Source: a virus
Reading direction: 5' to 3' (one strand)
DNA: 33,013 nucleotides
Virus record (IMG/VR): IMGVR_UViG_3300045988_025432
Coordinates: 1 to 33,013 of that record
How positions within the stretch are numbered: position 1 is the first letter of the stretch; each line of letters begins with the position of its first letter. The notes under the pieces were generated by a model. It saw only the letters and a list, made by a program, of their open reading frames with translations, was not told the origin of the DNA and ran no database searches. The position numbers were made by a program, and so were the translations under genes. Below, piece after piece: positions 14,646 to 24,300 of this stretch.

Positions 14646-16652
14646 ATGAACATTATTGAAGTCGATGTAGGAAAGACAAAGCTATTTAGCATTGGGCAAC
14701 AATACAATAACAATGCATTAGTTATTCATTTTGTAAATTTGCCGAATCAAAAGAATAAATACATCTATTATAAAATTGATGATATTGAAGAAGAAATTCC
14801 TTTAGTGAGTGATTTATTTATTGCATCTAGACCATTAATGCTTCACAGTGGAGAAGTTAAAGCACAAATTATCACACGTGATGAGAACAATTCAATAATT
14901 GAATTAACAAAGAATTTCACAATGAGAATACAACCTAGTAATTATAGTGGTATTGGAGAGGATGAGAACTATCCGGATGACCCAAATATCAAGAACTACT
15001 ATGTTAAAATTGACGGAAAGATTCAATCAATGGATGAATTGATTGCTTTGGTCCAATCTAAATTGGATAACGGAGAATTTGTAGGTGTTCAAGGCCCGAA
15101 AGGTGAAAAAGGCGACCCCGGTGATGTAACTGAGGAATACAGAAACTTGGCTAATCAAGTCGCACAAAATGCAACAAGCGCTCAGAAAGCTTTGGATGAT
15201 ACGAAAGAATTTGTGAATCAAACAAAAACAGAATTGAATCAAATCAAAACTGATACAAGTGCATTAAAAGATGAAGCTAATACAAGCGCAGTAAATGCGA
15301 AAGCTTCAGAAGATAAAGCAAAGGAATATGCCGACAATTTGCAAGCATCAACTGATGATATTAGTAAACTAAAGGAAGATTTAGTCGCAAATACAAAAGA
15401 AGATGCAAAGACGAAACGAAGTCTATCGGCGTTGTGGGCTTTAAATAATGGTATCTCTTATAGATTTGAAACTGATTCAGAAAAAGCTTATCAGAAGAAA
15501 GTTCTGAGCGGTGCTAAGTTGGCTTCTGTTAATAAAGTCGGTGGAAAGACGATTGTTATGAATCAGATTTTTAAAATCGCATCAATCAGTGCAAACGGAT
15601 TAACCTTCTCGGTTGACAGTGATGGTTTAATTACAATAAATGGAACAGCATCATCTTATTTTGCAACATTATCACAAATTAATGACTTGCAAAATAAAGA
15701 AGGTAAATTTTTCGCCAAAATGACAATTGTTGAAAATCCAAACACTGTAGCATTTAAATTTGGATATACAAACAGAAATAAATTTACGGATGCTATATCA
15801 AGCGGAAGCACTAGTACTATATTCACACAAACTAATGCAGAATTAGCTAAAGCTAAATATCAAGGAATCGCAGGATTTCAAGAAGGTACGGTATTTGACA
15901 ATGTAAAAGTGAAAATCATGATATTTAACTTAACCAAAATGTTCGGTTCAGGAAATGAACCTACAACTCCGGAAGAGTTTGAAGCAATGTTTCCAAACGA
16001 CTACTACGCATACAATGAAGGAGAATTAATGAGTATGAGCGTAAATGATGTAGTCTATACTGACACATCTAGCAATCAGAACTCGCACCAAATCCCACAA
16101 TCAATCCTAAGCTTAGATGGCTATGGATGGAGTGCAGGAACGGCTTATAACTATGTAGATTTTGAAAATAAGAAATATTACAAGTGCGTTGATAAAGTGA
16201 ATTTAGGTACTTTAGATTATCAAAACGGCAATAATGTAAGCTTTGTATCAGAAGGTTTAAAAGGATATAAATTAACGAACAAATATTCTACCGTTCCAAA
16301 TATTGTTTGCAAAAAATATGAAGCAAAATCACAGAACCAAATGCGGGGCAATAAAGATGTAACTGGAATCTCTGTAAATGCACTTAGCGATGGGTATTTA
16401 TACATCAATGATTTGTCATTTAGTGATGCCGAATCGTTTAAGAATGCTTTACAAGGAGTTTATCTATATTACGAATTAGCCGAACCAATCGTAACAGATA
16501 TATCAGATATTATCGGAGATACATTCCAAGAATCTTTAAATGTTGAGAGTGGCGGAAGTTTAACATTTAAAAACACAAATGGAGACGGATACAGAATCGC
16601 AGTACCTAGCGATATTCAATACACAGTCGCGTTAAGCGAGGTGAACGCATAA
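14646..16652 (+). CDS. Tail (or head) fibre protein with a short collagen-like segment and coiled coil
   Basis: GVQGPKGEKGDPGD collagen-like triplets, a long heptad-like region (15150-15420), and a large C-terminal beta-rich domain. ATG 14646 is preferred over the upstream GTG/ATG at 14613. Confidence 0.6.
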   Translation: MNIIEVDVGKTKLFSIGQQYNNNALVIHFVNLPNQKNKYIYYKIDDIEEEIPLVSDLFIASRPLMLHSGEVKAQIITRDENNSIIELTKNFTMRIQPSNYSGIGEDENYPDDPNIKNYYVKIDGKIQSMDELIALVQSKLDNGEFVGVQGPKGEKGDPGDVTEEYRNLANQVAQNATSAQKALDDTKEFVNQTKTELNQIKTDTSALKDEANTSAVNAKASEDKAKEYADNLQASTDDISKLKEDLVANTKEDAKTKRSLSALWALNNGISYRFETDSEKAYQKKVLSGAKLASVNKVGGKTIVMNQIFKIASISANGLTFSVDSDGLITINGTASSYFATLSQINDLQNKEGKFFAKMTIVENPNTVAFKFGYTNRNKFTDAISSGSTSTIFTQTNAELAKAKYQGIAGFQEGTVFDNVKVKIMIFNLTKMFGSGNEPTTPEEFEAMFPNDYYAYNEGELMSMSVNDVVYTDTSSNQNSHQIPQSILSLDGYGWSAGTAYNYVDFENKKYYKCVDKVNLGTLDYQNGNNVSFVSEGLKGYKLTNKYSTVPNIVCKKYEAKSQNQMRGNKDVTGISVNALSDGYLYINDLSFSDAESFKNALQGVYLYYELAEPIVTDISDIIGDTFQESLNVESGGSLTFKNTNGDGYRIAVPSDIQYTVALSEVNA

Positions 16653-16654
16653 TA

Positions 16655-16801
16655 ATGACAGAAACACAAATTAAAATGATGGAAAAGTTAGGCTTATCAA
16701 AAGAAGATTTTGAGCCTATCAATAAAGAAGAATTACTTGAAGAAGCGTATTTAAAAGCCGAATACAATTCGATTTTAATTGAGCAATTAATGGAGGAATA
16801 A
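16655..16801 (+). CDS. Small hypothetical protein (48 aa)
   Basis: ATG 16655, TAA 16799-16801; fills the gap after the fibre gene; below the track length cut-off. Confidence 0.4.
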   Translation: MTETQIKMMEKLGLSKEDFEPINKEELLEEAYLKAEYNSILIEQLMEE

Positions 16802-16803
16802 AC

Positions 16804-16941
16804 ATGATTTATAGATTAATGAAAAAGAAGATTCAACGTGAAGGATTGACGGAAGAAAATAAAAACCTATTAGATGTATATTTATTGGGTAATAGAATTA
16901 CGCAATCTCAATACAAAGAATTAATGCGATTGGTAAATTAA
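16804..16941 (+). CDS. XkdX-like small protein (45 aa)
   Basis: ATG 5 nt after GGAGGA. The C-terminal ..LLGNRITQSQYKELM resembles the XkdX family ending (..g.IT.eeY.eIt). Confidence 0.45.
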   Translation: MIYRLMKKKIQREGLTEENKNLLDVYLLGNRITQSQYKELMRLVN

Positions 16942-16988
16942 ATAAGAATATAGTTGATTAATTGAATATAGAAAAAAGGAGGAATAAC

Positions 16989-17858
16989 ATGCCAGGAAAA
17001 CAAGTAACAGAATTAGACGCATTGCCTAGTTTTACAGATACAAGCTTATTGCCTGTACACAATGGTGCAGGATTGAAAAAAGGTCTTTTATCGCAACTAG
17101 CTAATTATTTAGGAACTAAATTCAGTAATCCGAATTTATTGATTAATCCGGATTTTAAAATCAATCAAAGAGGAAACACAACATACACGAAAGATAATCA
17201 AGGACCGGCTATCTATACCGTAGATAGATGGGTAGTGTGGAATGGTACATTAGATGCCAATTCGATGTTATTAAAAGCGTATGATTCAGGCATTGGATTA
17301 ATAATGCAGAGACTTGAAAATAAAATAAATGGTATATCTACAGTATCCTTTGAAGTAAGTTCAATATCAGGAACTCTAACTGCATTAGCTAGAGGTACAA
17401 GTGGAAATAGCTTAGGCGAGATTAGTGTTACACAAAAAGGAATCTATCAATTTACTGCAAACGGAGAAATTTCGGATATCACATTTAAAATATCTGCAGG
17501 TGGAAGCGTTACATTTGCTTGGGCAAAACTAGAACATGGCTCAATCGCAACTCCATTTGTTGCTCCAAATCCGGCAGAGGAATTAGTTAAATGCAAGCGA
17601 TATTATAATCGCATTTATTTCTATCATGTATTTTATTCGGCAACTTCTAACTTTGATTATTCATTTTCTCATGTGATTCAAAGTATGCGAACAAAGCCTA
17701 CTGTAAAGCTTTCGCAATCTTCTAGTAGCGGTTTATCAAAATACTCGGCATCCGTGAATACTGATAGTGGATTAACAGTAATTACTACTGCTACCACAAG
17801 CAAAGTTGGAAACTGTAATACAGGTGGAATTGTTGAGTTAGACGCAGAAATCTATTAG
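16989..17858 (+). CDS. Fibre / receptor-binding-like protein
   Basis: ATG 16989 after AAAGGAGGA. N-terminal QVTELDALPSFTDTSLLPVHNGAGLKKGLLSQLANYL and the later KLEHGSIATPFVAPNPAEELVKCKRYY are motifs common in Firmicute phage fibre/RBP proteins. Confidence 0.5.
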   Translation: MPGKQVTELDALPSFTDTSLLPVHNGAGLKKGLLSQLANYLGTKFSNPNLLINPDFKINQRGNTTYTKDNQGPAIYTVDRWVVWNGTLDANSMLLKAYDSGIGLIMQRLENKINGISTVSFEVSSISGTLTALARGTSGNSLGEISVTQKGIYQFTANGEISDITFKISAGGSVTFAWAKLEHGSIATPFVAPNPAEELVKCKRYYNRIYFYHVFYSATSNFDYSFSHVIQSMRTKPTVKLSQSSSSGLSKYSASVNTDSGLTVITTATTSKVGNCNTGGIVELDAEIY

Positions 17859-17867
17859 GAGGAAGCT

Positions 17868-18215
17868 ATGGAGAACGAATATAAAGTATACGTATCCTTA
17901 CAAGATGGATACATCACATCTATTAATTCAGAAATCTTTTTATCACAAGAAGAAATTCAAACAATGGCAGAGATTGACAAGGGACAAGGAGATAAATACG
18001 CTCATGCTCAAAGTCAATATCTAGAAAAAGGATTGGTTGACGAACACGGAAGATATAACTATAGATTTTTAGAAGGTAAAGTGGTTGAGGTTGCAGAAGC
18101 AGACAAACCAACAATTGAAGAACCAAAGGCAGTACCAACTGAGCAAGAGAAGATTAACGCACAATTAATGCTACAGATTGCACAGTTAAAAGCTCAATTG
18201 AATGGGGTGAAGTAG
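17868..18215 (+). CDS. Hypothetical protein (fibre-module accessory)
   Basis: ATG after TAGGAGGAAG; no family recognised. Confidence 0.45.
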   Translation: MENEYKVYVSLQDGYITSINSEIFLSQEEIQTMAEIDKGQGDKYAHAQSQYLEKGLVDEHGRYNYRFLEGKVVEVAEADKPTIEEPKAVPTEQEKINAQLMLQIAQLKAQLNGVK

Positions 18216-18216
18216 T

Positions 18217-18336
18217 ATGAGTTATGAATTAATTAAATCGTATTATGAATTAGGTTTATTTACAAAGAGCGATTTAGAAATCTTTGCTTCTATCGGATGG
18301 ATTACAGAAACTCAGAGAAAAGAATTAATTAAATAA
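18217..18336 (+). CDS. XkdX-like small protein (39 aa)
   Basis: MSYELIKSYYELGLFTKSDLEIFASIGWITETQRKELIK fits the XkdX pattern (..ik.yY..g.yt..dl..fv..g.IT.e.y.el). Below the track cut-off. Confidence 0.5.
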   Translation: MSYELIKSYYELGLFTKSDLEIFASIGWITETQRKELIK

Positions 18337-18353
18337 GCTTTAAAAGCGTTTTA

Positions 18354-18375
18354 AAGGGCATTTAAGCCCTTTTTC
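18354..18375 (+). terminator. Rho-independent terminator closing the fibre cluster
   Basis: AAGGGC (18354-18359) pairs with GCCCTT (18366-18371), 6-nt loop, T tract to 18374. Confidence 0.6.
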
Positions 18376-18392
18376 TGTAGGAGGGTATATAA

Positions 18393-19577
18393 ATGTTAAG
18401 TGAAGAAGAACAAAGGGAACAAGAACGTAAAAAAAGGCAAGAAGAAAGGAAGCAAGAACGTCTAAAAAAGCAAATCGAGAAAAGAAGAAAGCTTGAAGAA
18501 AGAGAAAGAAGAAGTGTAAAGCGTGCAAGTGTATTTGAATTAGGAATGATGATATTCATTTCAAATAAAATTCGTGAAGCTTTAGAAAAAGCCACCGAAG
18601 AAAACGCAAAATTTAATGAGATATTGGCAAAATCACTCGTAGATTTGCGTAAATTCACAAAAAAAGAATCAAAAAGCCTAAAAAAAGATGTAATCAAGGA
18701 ATCAAAAAAGGATTTTGAAGAAAATAAGAATGGAACACTTGATTTAATTCAAGAAGCAACTAAAAAAAAGATGGATGGAAGCCTTGCAAAACATATTGCG
18801 TATGTGAATCCACAGAAAGATACCGCAAAGCGTTGGAAGAAATACATCAAGACAAGTGCAAACACGTATGCAATCTGTAAAGATAAACTACCGGTATTCT
18901 TTACAAAGGTAGTTCAAGAAGAAGTTAAAAATGTAGTAGGTGGTAAATGTACAATTGATGATTCTTGTAGAAAAGCTATTTCTAAACTAGCATACAGTGG
19001 CGTAAAGATTGTTGAATATGATACAGGCGTTAAAAGAAATGTGGATGTATGGGTAAGACAACAAATGCAGTACGCAGAAAAAGAATCATCACAAGAAATT
19101 AACAATAAATGCGCTAAAGATATGGGTGTTACTGTATTTGAGTTTGACGCTCACGCAAACGCACGTCCAAGTCATAAGAAATGGCAAGGGAAGCGCTATG
19201 ACACACAAGGGAAACTATATCCTAGCTTGTTTCAGTTAACACATGGAGAAGAAAAAGACTATGGATGTAGACACTTTGCACAACCTGTTTGGGATATTGA
19301 TATGCCTTATGCCTACACAAAAGAACAGTTAAAGAATATTGATACAAAGCCTTTCACATTCCAAGGAAAAGAATATGAAGGATATGAAGCTAGGCAGTAT
19401 CAAAGAGAACTAGAAAGAAATATCAGAGCGTTAAAAAGGGAAGTAATCTTATTAGACAATCAAGGATTAGGCAGTACAGAAGCTAAAATTAAGCTAAAAC
19501 ACGCAAATGCAACGTACAAAGCTTTCAGTACTGAAATGGGAGACAGGGTGCACTACGATAGACTTAGAATTGGCTAA
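18393..19577 (+). CDS. Head morphogenesis / minor capsid protein (SPP1 gp7-like)
   Basis: FEFDAHANARPSHKKWQGKRYD matches the gp7/Mu F-type motif (H..aRP.H..w.Gk.y). Highly charged N-terminus. Confidence 0.7.
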   Translation: MLSEEEQREQERKKRQEERKQERLKKQIEKRRKLEERERRSVKRASVFELGMMIFISNKIREALEKATEENAKFNEILAKSLVDLRKFTKKESKSLKKDVIKESKKDFEENKNGTLDLIQEATKKKMDGSLAKHIAYVNPQKDTAKRWKKYIKTSANTYAICKDKLPVFFTKVVQEEVKNVVGGKCTIDDSCRKAISKLAYSGVKIVEYDTGVKRNVDVWVRQQMQYAEKESSQEINNKCAKDMGVTVFEFDAHANARPSHKKWQGKRYDTQGKLYPSLFQLTHGEEKDYGCRHFAQPVWDIDMPYAYTKEQLKNIDTKPFTFQGKEYEGYEARQYQRELERNIRALKREVILLDNQGLGSTEAKIKLKHANATYKAFSTEMGDRVHYDRLRIG

Positions 19578-19580
19578 AAC

Positions 19581-19595
19581 GCTCACATTGTGAGC
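19581..19595 (+). promoter_or_regulatory. Hairpin/palindrome GCTCACATTGTGAGC, identical to the core of the 8065-8081 terminator
   Basis: Exact 15-nt copy of 8067-8081. 6-bp stem and 3-nt loop directly after a stop codon, but with no clean T tract. Confidence 0.4.
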
Positions 19596-19672
19596 TATTA
19601 TTCAATATAAAATATAGTTAGCCAAAACCATACCGGAGAAGATTCGGTTTACAAATAACTTTAGGAGGGCAA

Positions 19673-20257
19673 ATGAAAAACATTATTGAAATTTTAAAAG
19701 AATCAAACATTGAATTAACCAAAGAACAAGAGGAATCAATTACAAAGCTAGTAAATGACAACTATAAGACGATTGCAGAGTTCGACAAGCAAAAAGAAAA
19801 GCTATCTTTAGCAGAGAACAACGCAAAGGAAATTCAAACAAAGTTTGATGATTTCAAGAAAAGCTATGATGGAGTTGATGTAGAAGAGTTGAGAAATAAA
19901 ATCAATACATTGACGAATGATATTGACACACAAAAGACAAGCTACGAAACTCAGATTAGCAAAATGAATCTTGATTCCGTATTAAGTGCAAAAGCCAAAG
20001 AATACGGATGTAAAGATTTCGATTTAGCAAAATCACAATTCAACTATGATGATTTACTAAAATCAAAAGACCAAACAAATGATATTGACAAAGCTTTCAA
20101 AAATTTGAAAGAGAATAAGCCAATCTTATTTGAAGATGAACAAACTGAGCCTACTGTTAAAGGCAATATTGTTGGAAACAGTGGACAAGGAGCAAACCCA
20201 AACGCCGAAGATTTATTATTAAGACAAGTAATGGGTTTAACTACAGAGAAGAAATAA
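19673..20257 (+). CDS. Scaffolding protein
   Basis: Helical, Lys/Glu-rich 194-aa protein immediately upstream of the major capsid gene. Confidence 0.6.
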   Translation: MKNIIEILKESNIELTKEQEESITKLVNDNYKTIAEFDKQKEKLSLAENNAKEIQTKFDDFKKSYDGVDVEELRNKINTLTNDIDTQKTSYETQISKMNLDSVLSAKAKEYGCKDFDLAKSQFNYDDLLKSKDQTNDIDKAFKNLKENKPILFEDEQTEPTVKGNIVGNSGQGANPNAEDLLLRQVMGLTTEKK

Positions 20258-20270
20258 GGAGGATTAATTA

Positions 20271-21140
20271 ATAGCGAATGAAATTGCATTAGCTAAAACG
20301 TATGTTTCAAATCTTGATGAGGTATATAAATTAGCTTCAGTAACGGGTGATTTAAATGCAGACGCTACAATGGTACGAGCCGGAGCAAACGCAAAAGAAA
20401 TTATCTATCCACAAATTTCTGTTAAAGGTTTAGGAAACTACGATAGAAATAGCGGATATACATCAAACTCAGTCAAATTGGAATGGAAGACTGCTACATT
20501 TGATTACGATAGAGGAACAAAAATTGCAGTAGATACACAAGACAATGCAGAATCAATGAATATTGCGTTCGGTAGAGCAGGAGCAGAATTAATGCGTACA
20601 AAGGTAGCACCGGAAGCAGACGCTTACACGTTCGCTAAAATTGCCGGTACAACAGGAATCACAAAAGTTTCAGAAGATTACGCAAGTGCGGAAGAATTTT
20701 TGAGTGCATTATTAAAAGCCGTTACTCAAATGGATGAGGATGAAGTTCCTAGTGAACAACGTATCTTGTATGCTACGCCTACATTATTAAATGGAGTCAA
20801 GGCATTAGATACTTACAAATCACGTGAAGCTTTACAAGGATTCGCAAAGGTAGTTCCTGTACCTGCTAGTCGTTTCTATACAAAGATTAAATTGTTGAGT
20901 GGAGCAGATACAGAAGCAGAAGGTGGATATACTAAAGCAGAGGATGGGCACGTTATCAACTTCTTGATTGTTCATAAACCTTCTGTTATGAAATGGGATA
21001 AACACACTGTTTCAAATGTGATTCCTGCAAGCAATAACATTGAATCAGATTCAGATGTATTGAAATATCGTAAATATGGAATCGTTGATGTATACGCAAA
21101 TAAGGTGGCAGGTATCTACTTATCTGCTAGTGCGAAGTAA
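20271..21140 (+). CDS. Major capsid protein, predicted ATA start
   Basis: Position after the scaffold gene, and NYDRNSGY..DYDRGTKIAVDTQDNAESMNIAFGRAGAELMRTKVAPEADA is capsid-like. The frame opens at 20268. The 33 codons ((M)ANEIALAKTYVSNLDEVYKLASVTGDLNADAT) before ATG 20370 contain no canonical start. AAGGAGG 20256-20262 lies 8 nt before ATA 20271. Confidence 0.8.
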   Translation: MANEIALAKTYVSNLDEVYKLASVTGDLNADATMVRAGANAKEIIYPQISVKGLGNYDRNSGYTSNSVKLEWKTATFDYDRGTKIAVDTQDNAESMNIAFGRAGAELMRTKVAPEADAYTFAKIAGTTGITKVSEDYASAEEFLSALLKAVTQMDEDEVPSEQRILYATPTLLNGVKALDTYKSREALQGFAKVVPVPASRFYTKIKLLSGADTEAEGGYTKAEDGHVINFLIVHKPSVMKWDKHTVSNVIPASNNIESDSDVLKYRKYGIVDVYANKVAGIYLSASAK

Positions 21141-21274
21141 TGGCAACGGTAATCGGATGGGGTTATCCTTCTATTACTAAAGAGGATAAAGAACCCACGG
21201 TTAATGAAGAAGTAAAAGAAGAACCCACAAAAGAAGAAGAGGAAGCTAAACCTCAACCAAAAAAGAAAAAATAG
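21140..21274 (+). CDS. Small Glu/Lys-rich protein (44 aa)
   Basis: ATG overlaps the capsid stop (TAATG); ends with KKKK. Below the track cut-off. Confidence 0.4.
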   Translation: MATVIGWGYPSITKEDKEPTVNEEVKEEPTKEEEEAKPQPKKKK

Positions 21275-21294
21275 CATAAAAAGGGGGTTGTAAA

Positions 21295-21642
21295 ATGAAC
21301 AATATTTTAGATTGGGAATATTACAATTCCCATTTTCCTAAATTTGATGAAAATCAATTCAATCAGTATTCTTACAAAGCAGAGGCAATTGTATTGAAGT
21401 ATGTGAATGTTGATTCTATTAATGAACAAAACGAAAGTGCTTTAAAAGATTGTATTTGCGATATCTTAAACAATGTAATCTTTCAAGATTCAATTGATGG
21501 TGTATCAAGTATTTCAAATGGTGGATATTCCAAAAGCTTTACAAACACTACACACTCGGATAAAAGGAACATGCTTGAGGATATCATAGCCTTTTGGTTA
21601 GGAGATACAGATTTAATGAAAGAAAGATGGATTGCATTATGA
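21295..21642 (+). CDS. Head-tail connector/adaptor protein (assigned by position)
   Basis: First gene after the capsid gene, good SD (AAAGGGGG). Assignment by synteny only. Confidence 0.45.
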   Translation: MNNILDWEYYNSHFPKFDENQFNQYSYKAEAIVLKYVNVDSINEQNESALKDCICDILNNVIFQDSIDGVSSISNGGYSKSFTNTTHSDKRNMLEDIIAFWLGDTDLMKERWIAL

Positions 21643-22058
21643 TAGGATTTTTTGAAGATTCAATCACACTTGTAAATCACTACTATGATACATTGACGAG
21701 AGAAGATAGGTTTCAAGCTTCTATCCTTGATAAATGTATGTGGAGACAATCAACTGTTAGAACTGCAAACGGTAATATTCTGAGCATAGCCACATCCACA
21801 AATATTACCATTCTATATCGTGAAGGATATGTTGAACCTTACGCATATGCAAAGCTTTCAAATGATGAGAAGCAAAAACATTTCACATTGAATACAGATA
21901 AAACAGATTTCGTATTCTTTGGAGAAGTGAAAGAAGATTTATCCACAATTAAAGCAATAAACGAAGCTAAAAAGAAATACAAATGGACAACGATTCAAAG
22001 CGTAACAGATTGTACGAATGTAGATATGTTGAAGCATTGGGAGGTTGTCGGTCAATAG
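21639..22058 (+). CDS. Head closure/stopper-type protein (assigned by position)
   Basis: ATG 21639 in an ATGA overlap with the upstream stop. Synteny-based call. Confidence 0.45.
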   Translation: MIGFFEDSITLVNHYYDTLTREDRFQASILDKCMWRQSTVRTANGNILSIATSTNITILYREGYVEPYAYAKLSNDEKQKHFTLNTDKTDFVFFGEVKEDLSTIKAINEAKKKYKWTTIQSVTDCTNVDMLKHWEVVGQ

Positions 22059-22417
22059 GTATCAAAGTTAAGCTTGATGTTAAATCACTTCAAGAATTTA
22101 AACAATCAAGAGGACTTGAAGAACGTGGACGAGTTCAACAAATGATTGATTCTGAAGTCATTAGGCTTATGACCCCCTATACGCCTAGAGACACCGGAGC
22201 ATTAATTAACTCTGCTACACGATTAACACAAATTGGTAGTGGATTAGTAAAGCAAGGTGGACCAAGTGCACCTTATGCAAGACGTTGGTATTACAACAAA
22301 GAGAATGCTCATTTTGTAGGTGGTAAAACAGACCATTGGTTTGAAAAAGCTATGCGAAATGGTGGAGAAGAAGCAATCTTGAAAAAAGCACAACAAATGA
22401 TAGGAGACGGAGAATGA
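22055..22417 (+). CDS. HK97 gp10-like head-tail joining protein, predicted ATA start
   Basis: MTPYTPRDTGALINS and APYARRWYYN fit the HK97 gp10 family pattern. ATA 22055 overlaps the upstream stop (ATAG) 10 nt after GGGAGG. The alternative ATG 21983 would need a 76-nt overlap and has no SD. Confidence 0.55.
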   Translation: MGIKVKLDVKSLQEFKQSRGLEERGRVQQMIDSEVIRLMTPYTPRDTGALINSATRLTQIGSGLVKQGGPSAPYARRWYYNKENAHFVGGKTDHWFEKAMRNGGEEAILKKAQQMIGDGE

Positions 22418-22833
22418 CAGTATCAAAAGCATTAATCCAATGGTTATATGGCTATGGAAATATACAGATAGATGAACGTATTGAAACGGATGTTTTAGCG
22501 CAACAGGCTATCTCTTATGCGTTGTATAAAGAACCTAACGCAATTGTAGATACATACATTGACGGCTCTCAAATGCGTACTGAATATTACACGTTTCTAG
22601 CTCGTAGGAATACACAAATTGAAACCGAAAGGCAAGACAACAATTCTTTCTTAGAAGAATTAGGAGAATGGATTGACGAAAAGAATTTAAACGGAGAATT
22701 ACCACAACTAGACGGAAACAGATATTGTGAGGATGTTTCCGTTTCAAGTGGCTTATATCTATACACAAATGAGGATAGTCAAGCAGTATATGCCTTGACT
22801 ATTCAAATCAAATACAGAAAGGAGCTTAATTAA
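22414..22833 (+). CDS. Tail completion/terminator-type protein (assigned by position)
   Basis: ATGA overlap start; directly precedes the major tail gene. Confidence 0.45.
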   Translation: MTVSKALIQWLYGYGNIQIDERIETDVLAQQAISYALYKEPNAIVDTYIDGSQMRTEYYTFLARRNTQIETERQDNNSFLEELGEWIDEKNLNGELPQLDGNRYCEDVSVSSGLYLYTNEDSQAVYALTIQIKYRKELN

Positions 22834-23339
22834 TAGCAACTCAAGGGACCGAAGTAAGTACAGGACAGACAGTCAAGAAGTATATGATTGGATTGTTCTT
22901 AGAAATGGGAACAGGTTATAAGCGAATTAAGAAGTCTACAACTTTAGATATTTCATTTAACAGTGAAACTGAAACTTATGATTTTATCGCAGATAAGAAC
23001 CCAACAGAATCATTGAAAAGTTATTCACCTCAGATTTCGCAAGATTTAACAATGATTAAAGGTGAAGATGATTTTGAATATATTTATGAACAAATGATGA
23101 AATCCGTTCCTAACAATGAAGAAGTAAATACAAAATCTTTAATTGTATTCATGTTTGACGGAGATAAAACAAAAGGCTATAAAGCGTGGGAAGTTGACTC
23201 TAAATTAATCTTTGACACATTGAGTGGCGTTGATTCAAAAATCAACTTTAACATTAACTTTGCAAGCGATATTCGTGTTGGTATTGCAAAGGTAGCAGAT
23301 GGAACAGTGACATTCACAGAAGGTACATCAGAAGTATAA
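22833..23339 (+). CDS. Major tail (tube) protein, predicted ATA start
   Basis: Position upstream of the chaperone pair and tape measure gene. The frame opens at 22830. ATA 22833 (context TTAATTAATAGCA, the same as the capsid start) lies 8 nt after AAGGAG. The first ATG (22884) has no SD. Confidence 0.65.
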   Translation: MATQGTEVSTGQTVKKYMIGLFLEMGTGYKRIKKSTTLDISFNSETETYDFIADKNPTESLKSYSPQISQDLTMIKGEDDFEYIYEQMMKSVPNNEEVNTKSLIVFMFDGDKTKGYKAWEVDSKLIFDTLSGVDSKINFNINFASDIRVGIAKVADGTVTFTEGTSEV

Positions 23340-23357
23340 AGAAAGAAGAGGTAAATC

Positions 23358-23720
23358 ATGAATAGAATTACGTATGAAGGGAAACAGTATGAAATCCCAC
23401 CTAAAACAATTGAAGTTTTAAAAGCAGAGGACGCTTGTAACGCATTTCACGCTACACATGAAGAAGCATATCGAGCAAAATTCGACTATCTGAAAACAGT
23501 ATTAACAGATGAACAAATTGAAAGCATGTTAGGAAGCGTAGATATTGAACAAGTAGATTTAATGGAAGTGTTGTATATTGTGAATTTAATTGATGAAGAA
23601 TATTCAAGAAGAACAAATGAGCAAACAATGAAGAAAGCTAGAACATTAATGAACGATAAAGCAATCAAAAGCTTAATTGATGCAAGCAATGCAGTTTCAA
23701 AGATTACGGAAAAGAAATGA
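23358..23720 (+). CDS. Tail assembly chaperone (assigned by position)
   Basis: 120-aa acidic protein between the tail tube and tape measure genes. Confidence 0.5.
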   Translation: MNRITYEGKQYEIPPKTIEVLKAEDACNAFHATHEEAYRAKFDYLKTVLTDEQIESMLGSVDIEQVDLMEVLYIVNLIDEEYSRRTNEQTMKKARTLMNDKAIKSLIDASNAVSKITEKK

Positions 23721-24280
23721 TTGATTTACGGACAAAAGGCTTGCCAAATAGCATACAGTCGCTAGATGGCGAGCCTATTTTATTAAATACAGATTTTCGG
23801 TTGTGGATTCGCTTCTATGAAGAATTTGAAAGATTCAATAATCATGTTATTGATGAAATAGATTGTTCTTATTTATTCGTGGATGAACCGCCTATCATAG
23901 ACAAGCATATTTTAAAAGAGTTAGAACGATTCCTATATAATCCTTCTAGCACGCCTAGAAGTGATTCTACAGGTGCTAAGACATTAGACTATGTACAAGA
24001 TGGTGAATATATTTATTCGGCTTTTATGCAACTTTACGGCATTGATTTAACGGAATGTGATATGCATTGGCACAAATTCTTAGCACTAGCCAATAATATA
24101 GTTGGTGATTCAACTTTATGGGGATATGCAAAGAGCGTTAGAGGATATGAAAAACCTTCAAAGAATGATACGCAAGATAAGGCATATCAAAGAGCAAAAG
24201 AAGCGTGGTCTTTCCCAATCGAGTTGACAAAAAGGGAGCAAGAAATGAAAGATGAATTTGATTCATATTTTGATGTTTAG
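23717..24280 (+). CDS. Gp15-like tail assembly protein
   Basis: ATGA overlap start. Position immediately upstream of the tape measure gene, Trp/Phe-rich pattern reminiscent of the Phage_Gp15 family. Confidence 0.45.
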   Translation: MIDLRTKGLPNSIQSLDGEPILLNTDFRLWIRFYEEFERFNNHVIDEIDCSYLFVDEPPIIDKHILKELERFLYNPSSTPRSDSTGAKTLDYVQDGEYIYSAFMQLYGIDLTECDMHWHKFLALANNIVGDSTLWGYAKSVRGYEKPSKNDTQDKAYQRAKEAWSFPIELTKREQEMKDEFDSYFDV

Positions 24281-24300
24281 AAAAGGAGGTGGCAAATTGA

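Noticed and set aside
23690-23725. Programmed -1 frameshift between the two tail-chaperone ORFs (gpG/gpGT-like)
   Set aside because: The second ORF has its own ATG in an ATGA overlap. I found no canonical X XXY YYZ slippery heptamer near the end of the first ORF (GGAAAAGAAATGA is not canonical).
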